NCBI GenBank assembly: GCA_964304625.1 | Contig: OZ199839.1 | Location: 7,134,234 to 7,198,233, forward strand | DNA length: 64,000 nt | Origin: Kudoa neothunni | Lineage: Eukaryota; Animalia; Cnidaria | Direction: 5' to 3' | Shown here: piece by piece, positions 39,375-52,343 of the stretch | Position numbering within the stretch: the first letter of the stretch is position 1 | Layout: every line of letters begins with the position of its first letter | Notes under the pieces: generated by a model | Databases searched by the model: none | What the model was told of the DNA's origin: nothing | What the model saw: the letters and a program-made list of their open reading frames with translations, nothing else | Made by a program: the position numbers and the translations under genes

Positions 39375-41253
39375 ATGTCCGAACAAACTAATGAAGATCC
39401 ATTGTTTCATCGATTGGGAGAAGACACTGAAGCACCGATGCAAATTGAGAGTCTGTGTATGCAATGCCGTAAGAACGTACGTCTAATTTGTCAAATTTGT
39501 TAGAACTAGTCGAACACAGACATTCGGTCTAAATTTTTGTAACACATTTAGGGCTTGACAAAGATGCTGTTGGTAGATGTGCCATATTTCAAAAGAATAG
39601 TGGTCTCTTCGTTCAAATGTGACAATTGTTCCAATAAAAATGAACACATACAAATGGTTGAACCATGTGCACCGAAAGGTGTGTTCTATGAGTTGAGATT
39701 AAAAGAGAAAAAAGTTGTTTATAGGTTTTCATTGAGATATGACCTGATTTTATAGGATTTGACTCGATTTGTGGTTCGTCAGGAAACAGCTACAGTTATA
39801 ATACCTTCGTTAGAGTTTGAATCTCCTCCAATAAAAGGGAAAAGCTGTAATTTCAATTTTTTTTGTCTTATTTTAAAGACATACATCTAGGCGTTTCACC
39901 AATAGAGGGGTTGATTGAGGGTTTTGTTGAAGGTTTGAATCAAGCTATTGAGAATCATAAGGTTGAGCCTTATTCGGAATTATTTTGTTGGTAGGGTATA
40001 GAGAATCAAATCGATTATTTTATTTGTAGGATGAATTCCCACAAATAGCTGAACAGTTAAAGGTTGTACGTGATAAAATGCATAGATTCATTAACGAATT
40101 CGAACCATTTGTTCTCATTCTTGATGACCCATCAGGAAAACAGTTACATAGAAAATCTCCATGCCCCGTCTCCCGATCCCGAATTAGTTGAAAAACATTA
40201 CATTAGAAACAAGGAACAAAACACCTTATGTGATATTCGCACCGCCAATGAAATAGACCAACCAATGGAAGATGATGAAGTTAAGACCGCAAATAAAGGT
40301 AGATGATATTGTGTCGTTATTAGTGTTATCTTTTATTCAGAAGAGGATATTACCGAGTTAAGTGATGATGATGGGGAGTTGAAGGTGATTTATATTGAAC
40401 GATTTTTCTATTAATAAGTTGTTTTTTAGAAATTCTCTCTCCCCTCCAACTGTATGTATTGCAATGCGCCTGTGTTACTGAGGTCCCAAAAATTCTGTAA
40501 CAGTTAAATTGATCGCATTTTTTAATTGGGTTTCAGCTATTCCCTACTTTAAAGACGTTCTGATTTTCTGTTACAATTGTGACAATTGTGGTTACAAATC
40601 AAATGAAGTTAAAACGGCTGGTGCTATTGAACCTTATGGCACTCTTATGACATTAAGTGTTGAGAATACTGATGATATCTCGAGAGATGTGCTCAAAGTA
40701 ACATTATTACTATTGGTGGTCTTTTATCGTTTTGTCAATCAAGTCCGATTTCTGCGTTGTGAAAATACCCGAGCTTGGGATTGAATTGCCAGGGGGTACG
40801 TTGGGAAGTTCCTATCAAACATTGGAGGCATTATTATTGGCGTTGAGAGATCAGGTAAAGTCGTTTCTTAACTATCATCCAATGAATTGTAATGTTATTG
40901 TTAGCTTATTGGCGCAAATCCTTTTTCCGTTGGTGACACTGCAAGAGACGAAGTTCAACAAAGAATGCGAACCATCGTCGATGACATCCAGGATGTGGTT
41001 GATGGTAAAAAAAAAATAACATTCATTATGGATGATCCCACTGGAAACAGCTACATTCAGGTAGGTTGTTTAGCTGGCTGTTGAAAGGCCAACCAACTTA
41101 CTCACTTAATGATAAAAAATGTGGATATAACTGTGTTTTTAGAATTTGTGCGCACCTGACCCCGACCCTCAACTCAATGTGGAGCGTTACGAACGAACAT
41201 TCGAACAAAATGACGATCTAGGTTTAAATGATATGAAAACTGAAAACTATTAA
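39375..41253 (+). CDS. ZPR1: Zinc finger protein ZPR1
   Basis: IESLCMQC; [17 protein letters not shown]; [25 protein letters not shown]; [10 protein letters not shown]; C-terminus [13 protein letters not shown]. One extra A at 40137-40140 in DDPSGNS. Confidence 0.97.
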
Positions 41254-41282
41254 ATGTTGAATGTTGAAGTAGTGATTTTTTT

Positions 41283-42278
41283 TCATTGGTGTTCAATAGG
41301 AGTGTGTTTGGGGTTTTCGAGTGCTGCCTTCATTTCTTCAAAAGCTATATATCTTTTCTATAATTGAATAAAAAAACATAATCACTTCTTGTTAAAACAT
41401 CCAAATAAATTACTTTTTCTAAATACACTTTGTGTTGACTCTTATCAATACTGGAGAGTCGTGATTGGAATATTTTGTAGTAGCGTTGAGCTTCTTTTGC
41501 TTTTCGGTTTGAGGAGTTTGTTGTCTGTTGTTACGTCATAGTTAATTAGTTAGTTAATAGGTCATATAAAAATAACACAAATCCACATACATTATAGCCT
41601 CCTCAGGGATATTGAATTGATTTGATAGCGCTAACGACGTCCATATACAATTAGGATCCTTCTCTTGTAGGTAGATGATTTTATTTTTCTAAACAAACAC
41701 AACGTAAATTAAACCATAAAATCTTAAGATAATCTCAAAAGTAGCGAGCATAAATTATGTCTCAATATAATCTAACCATCCAAAAAAACCCTACCGTTGT
41801 CTCATCCATTATAAAAGTGTTTTCTTTGATGGCTTTTGTTAGACTTGAAACGTCATCAATTACAGATTTGGTTTCGTCGAGTGTCACTTTTTTCTTAGTC
41901 CGATGAATCACAGCGAAATAGTCATTGTGAATGTTGTAATAAATTTCCATTCTAAACACACCCTCATCAGATCAATAATTGTTCGATGCTAACAATAATT
42001 TCTATTCACTCTGGAAGCAAAGATTCCACATTGAACACTTGTTTCGAATTGATATCAATATCAGGGTGAGTTGTATGAAATGCTTTGACCTTATTAATTG
42101 CTTGTTCTTGCTGGAGAGAGAATTTTCTGCATTTTTCCTGCCAATCAAACCTTTTACTTTTCATTAAAAGGTTAACTCTTTTAGGTGGGATTCGACTAAA
42201 TTTCGGGGTTACATATGTTTTTGCAATGCAGTGAAGCGGTGTTGTGGAAAATTCTCGAGCGGACAAAAATCCACCCAT
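41283..42278 (-). CDS. Probable mitochondrial protein, neugrin/Rrg9-like
   Basis: Presequence-like MGGFLSAREFSTT; internal exon KIIYLQEKDPNCIWTSLALSNQFNIPEEAI resembles the recalled neugrin motif IRYLH...P..W....LA..F.VS...I. Confidence 0.55.
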
Positions 42279-42597
42279 TTTAACCGAATATGCTGCCACA
42301 AGGCTCTTATTTATCGCGATTGTTATCGAAAATGCCCGAGATTAAATTTAAAATTCCCTCTAACTTATAATTTTGTTTATCCAACTATATTCGACCATAG
42401 TTACTTTCGAAAACACATTTAGCAATGAATCTCACGTGTAAAATATTTTTCTTGAAGATTTTATTAATTTATTACTATTTATCTCAGAGGCAAATAATTA
42501 GCTTAGGCATACTTTCGCGCAAAAATTAAAAATTTAAGTTCTTTTTTTATTGATAGTATTTTCTACCCTGTCAACTTTTCGTGATGGCTAATTAGTG

Positions 42598-42607
42598 GCG
42601 CATGCGC
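42598..42607. promoter_or_regulatory. NRF-1-type palindrome GCGCATGCGC
   Basis: Perfect core about 320 nt upstream of the neugrin-like ATG. Confidence 0.35.
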
Positions 42608-42719
42608 ATGAGAAAGTTTTTATTGAATCTGCACGAATACTGTGGTCAAAATTTAGAATAATCTAAGTATTCTGGAGTAATTTAATAAGATTCATAGACT
42701 TGAGCAGTACATGCCCATC

Positions 42720-43990
42720 TTAGTGAATACCACCAATGTGTAAATCATCTGATGAGCCTGTATGTTCCAATTCCTCAACGGAATAATCCACATTGTCTTC
42801 ATTTTCTAAATTTTTAAATATGAGCGAAATACATTTTAGCGTGAATGTGATAAAATATTCACTACCCGGAATAAGGACATCGTCGAAACCTTGGCACATT
42901 TTTCGACCGAGACATTTGTTTTTAGAGAATCGTCGACAGTAACTTATTTTCTAATCAGAGAATTAGTTGAGAGAAATAGACTGAAATCAAGAGAAGATAA
43001 TAATATATTTGTGATACATCGTTTAACTCGTGTTTTCTTGGATCTCCTTCAAGTTCGCATTGCCATACTTTAACAGTCTATAGATAGATTGATGTATTTG
43101 AAACTACTGACCAGTGCATTATTACGTAACACAACAGACAGCTTGCTGGAGGTTTTAAGTGCCTGACTATATTTCAATGATTATTACATTTACGTGCATT
43201 TAATGATTGTACTTTCGTCACCGCTACAAATAGCCAACTTTGAGCATATCAATTCCCTGTGGGCGGGATTTTCAATAAATCTCTCGACATCGGACAAGGC
43301 GTTTTGAAGAATTTCTTTCTGCAATTACTCAGACAAGAACATAAAACAAATAAATAATACATATCTGGACAACACTGCCTCGCCCAAATACCTCTTCAAT
43401 GTGTATTTCACCTCACTTCTGGATGCATGAGACAGCACCAGCTTCATGTATTCATGTTAAATATTACAATGTCATAAAACAAAATTACACCGTATTCATC
43501 CGCAATATTTGGTAGAGGGAATAAACCTTAAATAGGATAACGATTTCGATGTTAAATTATATTTACTCAACAGAACCAAACAATGCACTGCTATCCACTT
43601 CATTATTCCGATTACTGTTATGTGTTATATAGGGTGTTACTACAACTTCCCTGTCGGTCTTCGTGTCGGCAAGAAATTAATACAAAACACCCTAACTAAT
43701 GGTATTAAGATAGAATAATATTGTTTCATCCTATAATATATTGGTATTAAAATTTAATGATTTCAATAATATATTTATGTATTGATAATATAAGTGAAAA
43801 CCCAATAAACACGTTCGATTGAAATATTTTTGGGGAGTATTGAAAGAATATAATGCTAGAATGTTGCTTCTTTCCTTAAGGTGCGCTTAGAATTAATTGT
43901 AACGAGTAGCTCAATGTAAGACTAACACTCGAAGAACCTGTGTTTTCTTCTCAATATGTTGTTATCTTTATCGTTAACTGTTACCGCCAA
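42720..43990 (-). CDS. Unidentified multi-exon gene with acidic C-terminus
   Basis: Regular GT-AG-bounded exons, e.g. LVLSHASRSEVKYTLKRYLGEAVLSRY, KEILQNALSDVERFIENPAHRELICSKLAICSGDESTIIKMH, ENEDNVDYSVEELEHTGSSDDLHIGGIH*. 5' end approximate. Confidence 0.6.
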
Positions 43991-45209
43991 TAATCTTATC
44001 TGTAATTTGTATTGTTATTATGCATAATCTCAAAATATAAATAAATAATGTTGTGTCGAACTTAACAATTAAAATTTATTGTCATTTAATAAACAATATT
44101 ATAACAATCCGAAGAAATTTAATTATTCACTTTTACAATCAAACGCGGACAATGACCATTTCACGGATATTTTTAATCCTTAATAACATCTGTACTTACG
44201 CAACCCCTATTTGGAGGATTTGTTGTATTTAATTATTTTTACGCCATAAGAGTAAGAAATAAGGACCCAAAATAATTGACTACTGTCAAAGCTACATTCG
44301 ATTAGATATTTTGATCCGTGTGAATAACCATTTCCATATAAATGTTAGATTAATTGATTTTCAGTAATTTCATCATTGATAATGAATATTATCAAATATT
44401 AGCGCGAATACCAAACTTTTCTGGTGGTGGGTGAGGTGATTTTTAAATTCTTAGATATTTTTTATATAAGTCGGTTGAATAGTGAATTAAACTTTCGTGT
44501 CGAGCTTGAACAAATTTAAAAATCTATTTCACCTTGTATATAATATATGATATATTTTGAAGGTTATTTTTGTTCTCTTCACTACAGAAAATAATACTTT
44601 AGTCAAAATATACTTAGATTTGACAATTAGAATAGGTAACAGATTTGTTGTAATCCCTCGGGACCATAAAAAGTGCGAATAATCGGTTACTTACTATAAA
44701 ATTAATTAAATAATAAATATAGTTAATCTGTAGATTTTTTTATTTGACTAATTTACAAAAGAATAGATGTAATTATTTAATAGACCAAGCTTAAAATAAC
44801 GTTAACATATATAAATCAGATAGAACAAAATTAATAAACCTCCATAAGGGTCTCTACAAATAAAGGATGACTCAAAATACTACTCCTTTCTGGAAATTTC
44901 AAGAATGATATTAATCTTGTTTCAAAAATATACGATATTAAATTTATACTTACGCTATTTAACATAATTTCTAAAACTTTTAAATAAATTGTAATATATA
45001 TTCAGCGCTTATAGAAACACATCGTTCAAAGCACACCAAATAATCCGCTTATTAACCGGTTGTTGCCGTTTAAGTGAATATACTACATAAATTTCTATTT
45101 CCTTTTTAATATAAAAATTGACCAATTCAAAAAAATAATAAAACATAAGTTTAAACATATAACCTAATCAAAGATATGACTGTATGTTTAATTTGATAAG
45201 GTGTATTAA

Positions 45210-45771
45210 CTCTCTAAGGATTTTGGGGTGAAATTCACCCCAAACAAGTTTTAATCCCATCATATATTCTTTCATCGTTTTTTATTTCGTATGAAATTAT
45301 TGCATTGCCTATAAATTTATTTTAAGTAAAATTTTCGAGCATTTGGTTTTTAAAAAATATAGGAAGTTAATACAAATTAAAAAACACCCTCCAAAGATTT
45401 TGGGGTGAAATTCATCTCAGCATAAATTTTTGCTTAATTATTCATCCAAAAAATGCATTTATTGTTCAAAATGAATTCTAGCTTAACTCATTATATTAAA
45501 AAAATTAAATTGGAAATTTAAATGAATTACATCGTAGTTACATTTTTTAATTTTGTGCGTTACCGAAGAATTAATGCCTTACGTCGTATAAGCTTTTATG
45601 AGGATTAATGATGTAAGTAATGACACTTTTCTCTTAATGTAATGTGCCAAACCATACAATGTTTTACGAATAAATTTATTACAATTTTGTTTTTAAATTT
45701 ACCTAAAAAATTTTGGGTGAGTTTCACCCCAAAATCATCGGAGGCAGTTCGTTTTTTGATACCTTGGAGGG
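45210..45771. mobile_element. piggyBac-like MITE
   Basis: TTAA-CTCTCTAAGGAT ... ACCTTGGAGGG-TAA; three internal GGGTGARWTTCAYC palindromes. Confidence 0.65.
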
Positions 45772-45932
45772 TAATTAGTTAACCGTCGATTGGTTTTATC
45801 GATTTACTACTCTATTATAGAGAGACATACCATTTAATCTGTTTTTAAATAGAGAGCTAAAAAATTCCTCACTTTTGGTAAAATTATATCCATATGAAAA
45901 AACTATTTTATGAATCTTGTCATCCTTGAACC

Positions 45933-46629
45933 TAATGTTTCCCAACCTTTTTATTATCGCGCCCCACTTTTTCTTGAAAATAAATCCTGCGCTCCACCTT
46001 TTTCAAATGTATTGATTTTTTAACTTATACTGCTTATAATTTTGAACCAAGCTTTATGCCACGTAAAAAATTAAAAAATGACAAATATATATTTATTTTT
46101 CATTAGAATTAAATATATTCGATTAGATATAATTGAATTTATAGATGGACTTTAAAAATTAACATTTTTACTTATTCATTTAACCAAAAATCGCATTAAA
46201 TGAAAACTGTGATAATTCAACCCGCATCAGACAAAACTTATCTGTATTCGGGCTTATAAACCGAAAGTAAATAATTAGTATTGAAAATTAACCAATATTG
46301 TTTTTGAATAAGTCAAAAAAGAGGGGATAATGATTATTAATATGACAACATTGGAATTATAACCATTCCGATTCTATTGAGCAAAAAACATGTTAAACGT
46401 TTTAAATTTTTTATATAAATTAATCAGTGCTTTTGAATTGTTTTAGGGTATTTACATGTGCTTAAAATAAACAAGATAAAATATCGATGTATTTATTTCA
46501 ATGTGCACCACATTGCCCAATTATCTCACCATTATCCATGTCACATCAATGCCCAGGATTTTCCACGTCCTACAAGAGCCGTTCATTAAACGCTCAAATA
46601 TTTCAACGTCCCACCGGTGGAAAACACTG
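45933..46629. mobile_element. hAT (Charlie-like) non-autonomous element
   Basis: TAATGTTTCCCAACC ... GGTGGAAAACACTG; TSD CTTGAACC/CTTTAACC (7 of 8). Confidence 0.75.
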
Positions 46630-46739
46630 CTTTAACCTTTGCGGGATGGAGGGAGTATTTTATTTTCCTTATTATTTTCCATGTAATCTTTCAATATCAA
46701 ATAAACTTTAAGCAAAACTAACAAAAAATTTTTTCCTAA

Positions 46740-47970
46740 GCTTCCGAGCGCCCCAAAATCGACTATACACATGGCGCTTTTGGGATCAAATTGACCTCAA
46801 GCTTGTATTGTATCGTTAAATGCAATAAATAATTATGTATTCATATGAAAAATTAAATAAAAATTTATCGACAAATTTCTGTTGTATTTTCACAAAGATT
46901 TACTTCGCATGTATACAACAAAATAGTTCGAATTTGTTGGCGCAACATGTGTTTTTACCGACTTGGACTTTATTGTAACGAATTTGTGAGATAAATCAAT
47001 TTTTAGTGTGCAAAAATGGTTCAAATTTTGTTTGCTAAAAATATTGACAAATTAAGTTCATCCATAATGTGAGTAACAAATTAGTTTCATACAGTTAGTA
47101 ACCACTTTTACGTAATTCCCACGGAGGTAGGGAAAAAAGTAAAAATAATCACTTAACCATTTTAATACAGACTGGAACGCACGTAAAAAATCTGAATTTT
47201 TTTATATCGCCCTTAGGATATAATTGAGTCTATAAACATTAGTCTCCTCGCAAAACACATTCAAATCCTCATTTTTATCCTCAGATCCACCAGAATTTAA
47301 ACTTCGATAATGAAAATAAATGATGTAAAATATTTTGTTAGAATCGCTCTCACAATCAATGAGAAAAGTCTCATCAAAGTCTTCGTTAGGCTTTTGTCAG
47401 CATGCATCAGTCAAATTCATGCAAATGTCGCTGTGAAACGGATGCATCCGTGCCATCGCGTATGATCTCGTTTACATGTTTTCCTTATTTTCTCAATATT
47501 CTGCCTACAGAATTCATCCAAACTCTGTTGTTCTGTTATTATACATAATGCGCAAAAAAGGGCACTTTCTATTCACACTATTTTTATGACACACGCGTGC
47601 TAATATAATTCTAATTATGTATATTGTAATTTGTAATGGATGCCGCTTATTCCCTAATTGGGGCGGGTAGCATCTGGAGGATCATGCAGGTCCTTCAACA
47701 AACTCAACCACGCATTTCTTTAAATATTCTGTTATCATTTAAAGCAATAAAAACCCTTGGGCCAAATTGATCCCAAAAGCACCAGGTGTATATTTTTTGT
47801 TGTATATCGTTGTTTATTCCACTTTTTCAAATTTTAATTGAATAATTATAAAATACTGTTTATTTTAGGAGAATTAACTTGATTTTACTATTGTTAAATT
47901 CTTGTCTGTATATAAAACGTGTAATATATTAGGCTCTGGGGTTAATTTGACCCCAGAAACGTTCGGAAGG
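46740..47970. mobile_element. Non-autonomous piggyBac-like element
   Basis: Left (TAA)GCTTCCGAGCG, right CGTTCGGAAGG-TTAA; subterminal GGGATCAAATTGACC palindromes. Confidence 0.7.
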
Positions 47971-49118
47971 TTAAGGATGTAAAATAATAAACTAATTTTC
48001 GAAATCGAACTAGTAGTATTTAGTGTTTAGAGTCCTTTGAATCTTTTGTGTTTATTATTTATTTATTTAATGTAGCTAAAAATTAATAATTAAAGAAAAA
48101 TTTTTAAATGAATAAATGAAGTAGGAGTATGACTAAGTTTTGATTTTATTCTCTACCGGAAGAATACAACAAGCTTGGAGATTATCCTGAGATTATTGAA
48201 GACATGAGCGCTCTTGGTAGGACAGTCCGTGACCGGTTTTACGCATTTTTGATAAGGCAACACAATTTGAATAATCAAATGTCAGATGACAAGTAATATA
48301 AAGGTTATTATGAATGCTACAAAGCCCTTTTAAAAGGAAAAAAATAATGATCAAATGTGCAATCGGAATATATTTTTTGGAATGTTTTTATTATAGAATT
48401 TGGATCCAAATAATATAATAAGATTAAGAAATCTCCAGATTTCAAGCACGTGACTGGCCGGTTTTACGTAACGCATGTCTTTCGGAACGTTTTTGAAAAA
48501 ATAGATGAATTTTGTTTAATGTTCAAAGTAATTAAATGAAATGAAAAAAAATCAAATAGAAACATAAAATAATAAAATACGTCCATAATATCTCCCAAAA
48601 GCTTCTAAATTTGTAGCTATAAATTACCAAGCATATCCTTCATATTCAACCCCTATGGCATCTTAAAAAACAAAAAAAATTGTTTCAATGCTTGAAAACC
48701 AACTGATTATTGTTGCCATTTGCGAATTTATTAAAATGAGTTTAAAAAATTATCCAAGTTTGGCAAAAAAAGGATCGATCATGATCGCGTTAGTGAAACC
48801 TATATTTCAAAATAACTAATTATTTTATTTCTATGTAAAAGGACTTATTTGTTTCTTAAATATATACAATTCAATTATATTAAGTAGCTACGAATATTAT
48901 TATATGAGCGCGCTAACAAGCTTGTAAAACCAGATGTTACTAAATTCACACACATTTTTTCCATGATCCCGAAAGGGATTACTCAAACCCAGCGAAAGAT
49001 TGAACTTTTATTTAAAACAAATTAAAAGTTTATACCAAAATTTACTTATTTTAATTATGTTATTTAATAAATAATTTAATAATTTGATGTGGCGTCCGTG
49101 CGTAAAACCGGACGTGAT

Positions 49119-49828
49119 CAGGCTGCCAGCGGAGTTTTAAAATAAACCAAGGTCGAGAAAATCACTACTTTAAAGTACAACAAATAATAGAATCATATCT
49201 ATGCAAGTTTTTAACCTTTTCCGATTCAATAATTACGTCTTCAGACATTAAATTTAAATTTATCGTCGTATGATTGCGATGTTTTGGCACGAACACTCAC
49301 TCATAATTAATGTCTCGTGTAGATCAATACACTTACAATTAATTATTTCAAAATATATTTTGAAATAAAGTTTAAATTTTCTAATAATGTGCGACAATGT
49401 TTACTGAGTAATTATGTAATTGTGCCATGTTAAACAATCTAATGTGTTTTGGTTCAATATCGCAAATGTTTAAAACCTACATGGCAGTGGTTCCTGCGCC
49501 CTAAGGATGTGAACTATGGGCTTGGGGGTGCGAGATACGATCACAACATAAAATAATTTTTGAGAAATTTTGAGTCGGCTACGCATTATCGTATGCAAGC
49601 GGGTGCGAACTTCGTTTTGTCATCAAATGTGGGTGCAAGTCCAATTTTAGTTGGGAAACGATGTTGCATGATATAATCTGAATAGGACACGTCATTAAAA
49701 ATATAAATATTAATGCAGTACATACAAAAATTCAAAAATTCTTTAATGTTTACAGGTTTTCAATAAAAACCCAAGATTTTGTATTAAATGAAAAGACCCC
49801 AAGATCTTGGAGGAAAACCAAAGTCCTG
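49119..49828. mobile_element. hAT family A copy 2
   Basis: Starts CAGGCTGCCAGCG; body is the reverse complement of the 35556-37874 flanks; TSD GACGTGAT/GTCGTGAC. Confidence 0.75.
49485..49663. mobile_element. Small hAT MITE (family B) nested in family A copy 2
   Basis: CAGTGGTTCC ... GGGAAACGATG; flanks CTACATGG/TTGCATGA both resemble the empty site CTGCATGA; homologous to 56085-56246. Confidence 0.7.
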
Positions 49829-51682
49829 GTCGTGACCAATTTTACGCATTTTTTCTGGTTCCGGAGGGATTACGTAAAACCGGTCACTGACTGTATATTA
49901 ATTTTGAAAGTATAGATCGATTAATATTTCGTTTTGTTCCAAAATGAGTTTTCTTTTTACATAAGCAATGATTTTTACCATACAATAAACGTTATAACAG
50001 AAAAGGTAGTTGTTTGTAGGGAAGAAATATTCCTACGATTTCATACCACGATTGTAAAATGAGATTAACAAAAATTTCTGGAAATCGTTTTTGTGGTGGG
50101 TTTGTCGAGAATTCCTTTCAGATGACAAATTTGCTTGAAAATCAACCTTGAGTTTTTCAATAATTAGTTAATAGCTTTATACAAGAATAACCTATATTTC
50201 TGAGGAATTTCTTGTTTATTCTCGCTTTTTTTCTTAAAAGCGAGGGCTACAAATTGCTTGTATTTTTTTCCTAGCTGGTTAAATATTTGTACATTTGGAG
50301 CGGCAATTTTTATTTTTAATTAAGTAATAATCACATAAAACAAATTTTTTGTCCAAGTGAGCGAATTATATTGAAAAACCTTCGGCACACGCGTAAGTTT
50401 TTCGGACTCCATCTTTTGAGGGTTAAATGTGTACTATAAGCCGTATTCAAAAAAAATTATCCGCGGCAAATGCGCGTTATTTCAAACACACAGGCACACA
50501 TAAGAACCAAAAATATATTTCACATAATAAGTATAATTGAAGGTCCTATTAATAATTTCATATATAACAAAAAGGTCCCCATTTGTTAAATTAATGACGA
50601 ACTAATAATGTAAGCTATAATCAGATAGATTAAAACTTTATGACAGAGGTCGGCAGTCCATTCAGGCTGCCGTCGGATAGTCAGGCCAAAGTAGAATGGG
50701 GTACCAGAATATATATAATTCCTTTAGTCATATAAAATTTTTCAGATTACAATTGAAAATTAGCTTAATATAGTTATATATGGTTATTCAAAAGAATACA
50801 TTTTCATTGCAATGAGAGAAAAATACAACAAATGCTCGACATTTTAATACGGAAATGGCTAGTTTTTAAAACTTTTTATTTAAAAATTTAACTGATTTTA
50901 TTGATATTAAATTTAACATTTCATATATTTGAATGATGGTTCGAAATCGTAAAAAACAATAATTAAACGTTTCCATTCACCGCAATAAGATTATTATCAC
51001 ACGATCAGTGAAAATAAGTATGAAATTTGGTTGGGGGAATACTTTAATCTTTATTTTGTTTTTTACATATTTATATTTAGAAAACGGGGAATAATAATTA
51101 ATTAACTTCGTTTGAATTTCTATCAATCTTCTTTATATGCTGAAAAGATCGATTTATAAAAATTCAGTAAATAAGACAAATATTACATAATGAAAAAACA
51201 ATTTAACTTTATTATTGTCGGCCCTTGTCTTGTAACAATGTTTCCTAACTTAAGGTACACACATTAATCTCAATGGAAACTTGAGAAGGATTTTACTCTT
51301 AAAAAATTTCACCCATAAAACAGCTATTCGTAAATTCCTGTACATAGAAAAAGCCGCTGTAAAAATATAATTATAACAAGAATATACATATAAATATACG
51401 TAGTTAATATAATCAAGGGGTTCTTATTTATTTAACTTAGCTTGTCAGAAATCCGTGAACAAAAGAGATACGTTAACAATGGGTTAACCGAAAGAATTAT
51501 CAAATTTTTTTCTTAGTTTAAGCGACTTTACAATACGAAATACTCCATAAAACAGGCGAAACTGGGCAATTCGCCTAATAATTAAATGAAATCAAAACTA
51601 ACTGCATTTGATTAAATGAGTCCATGAGAATAACCATTTTGCTACGAAATAAAGGAAAAACTCTGGAAAAGTCATCTGATCA

Positions 51683-51750
51683 AAGCCAGGGGTTAAATCG
51701 CGACCACTCGAGTCACAATCCAGTAACCAAACACTAATGCAATCTCTCCA
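51683..51750 (-). other. Degenerate tRNA(His)-like or tRNA-SINE head
   Basis: Minus strand shows TAGTG..TGGTTA, anticodon-like arm CTGGA-TTGTGAC-TCGAG, variable-loop GGTC and a damaged T-loop; not a complete cloverleaf. Confidence 0.3.
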
Positions 51751-52343
51751 CTGTCTACGATGCATTTGCAGGTACGATCAGTTTTGATGACAGCTGACTG
51801 ATTAGAGACTTGATTCGTCGAGGACATGTTAAATAATAATTATCTTGGTTCGCATATTCAAAAGAGTTAAGAATCTTGGAAAAATAGAGTTTAAGATGGA
51901 GGTCGATAAAAAACAAGGATATTTTATTCGGTTAAGTCATTACGTTATCGCCTAAGAATATTAAGAGGTGAACGTGACCGACTAGATGCAATACCTACAT
52001 CGCTAAAAGATGGAATCTAATAAGCCTTAACATAAGTTTTATATGGTAACAAAAAAAATTATTCGCTCTAAGAAAACAGAGGAAATATATGGTCGACTGA
52101 ATAGACAAGTTTCAAAAATTAATAAAATCTAAATCAACCAGAAAGACTAGTTTTCAGATAAACAAAAAAATCTATCGCAATAAACGGTACACTTATAGGA
52201 GAAGCATCTCTTATGAATATAAAACAAGTAAATTATTCAACACCACAAATAAACACTAATTACAACGTATACCACCGTTCGTACGACAGCTACAAAAGTG
52301 TAATCTAAAATGGGTTCAAGCTAACAGAGGGGTTTCCACTCGT

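Larger units (their letters stand above)
48223..49893. mobile_element. Tc1/pogo-type non-autonomous element hosting nested hATs
   Basis: TIR CAGTCCGTGACCGGTTTTACG / CGTAAAACCGGTCACTGACTG-TA; internal copies of the CCGGTTTTACG motif. Confidence 0.75.

Noticed and set aside
45220-45735. Spaced palindromic repeats suggestive of CRISPR
   Set aside because: Only three copies at irregular spacing, inside a TTAA-flanked element; typical piggyBac subterminal repeats in a eukaryote.
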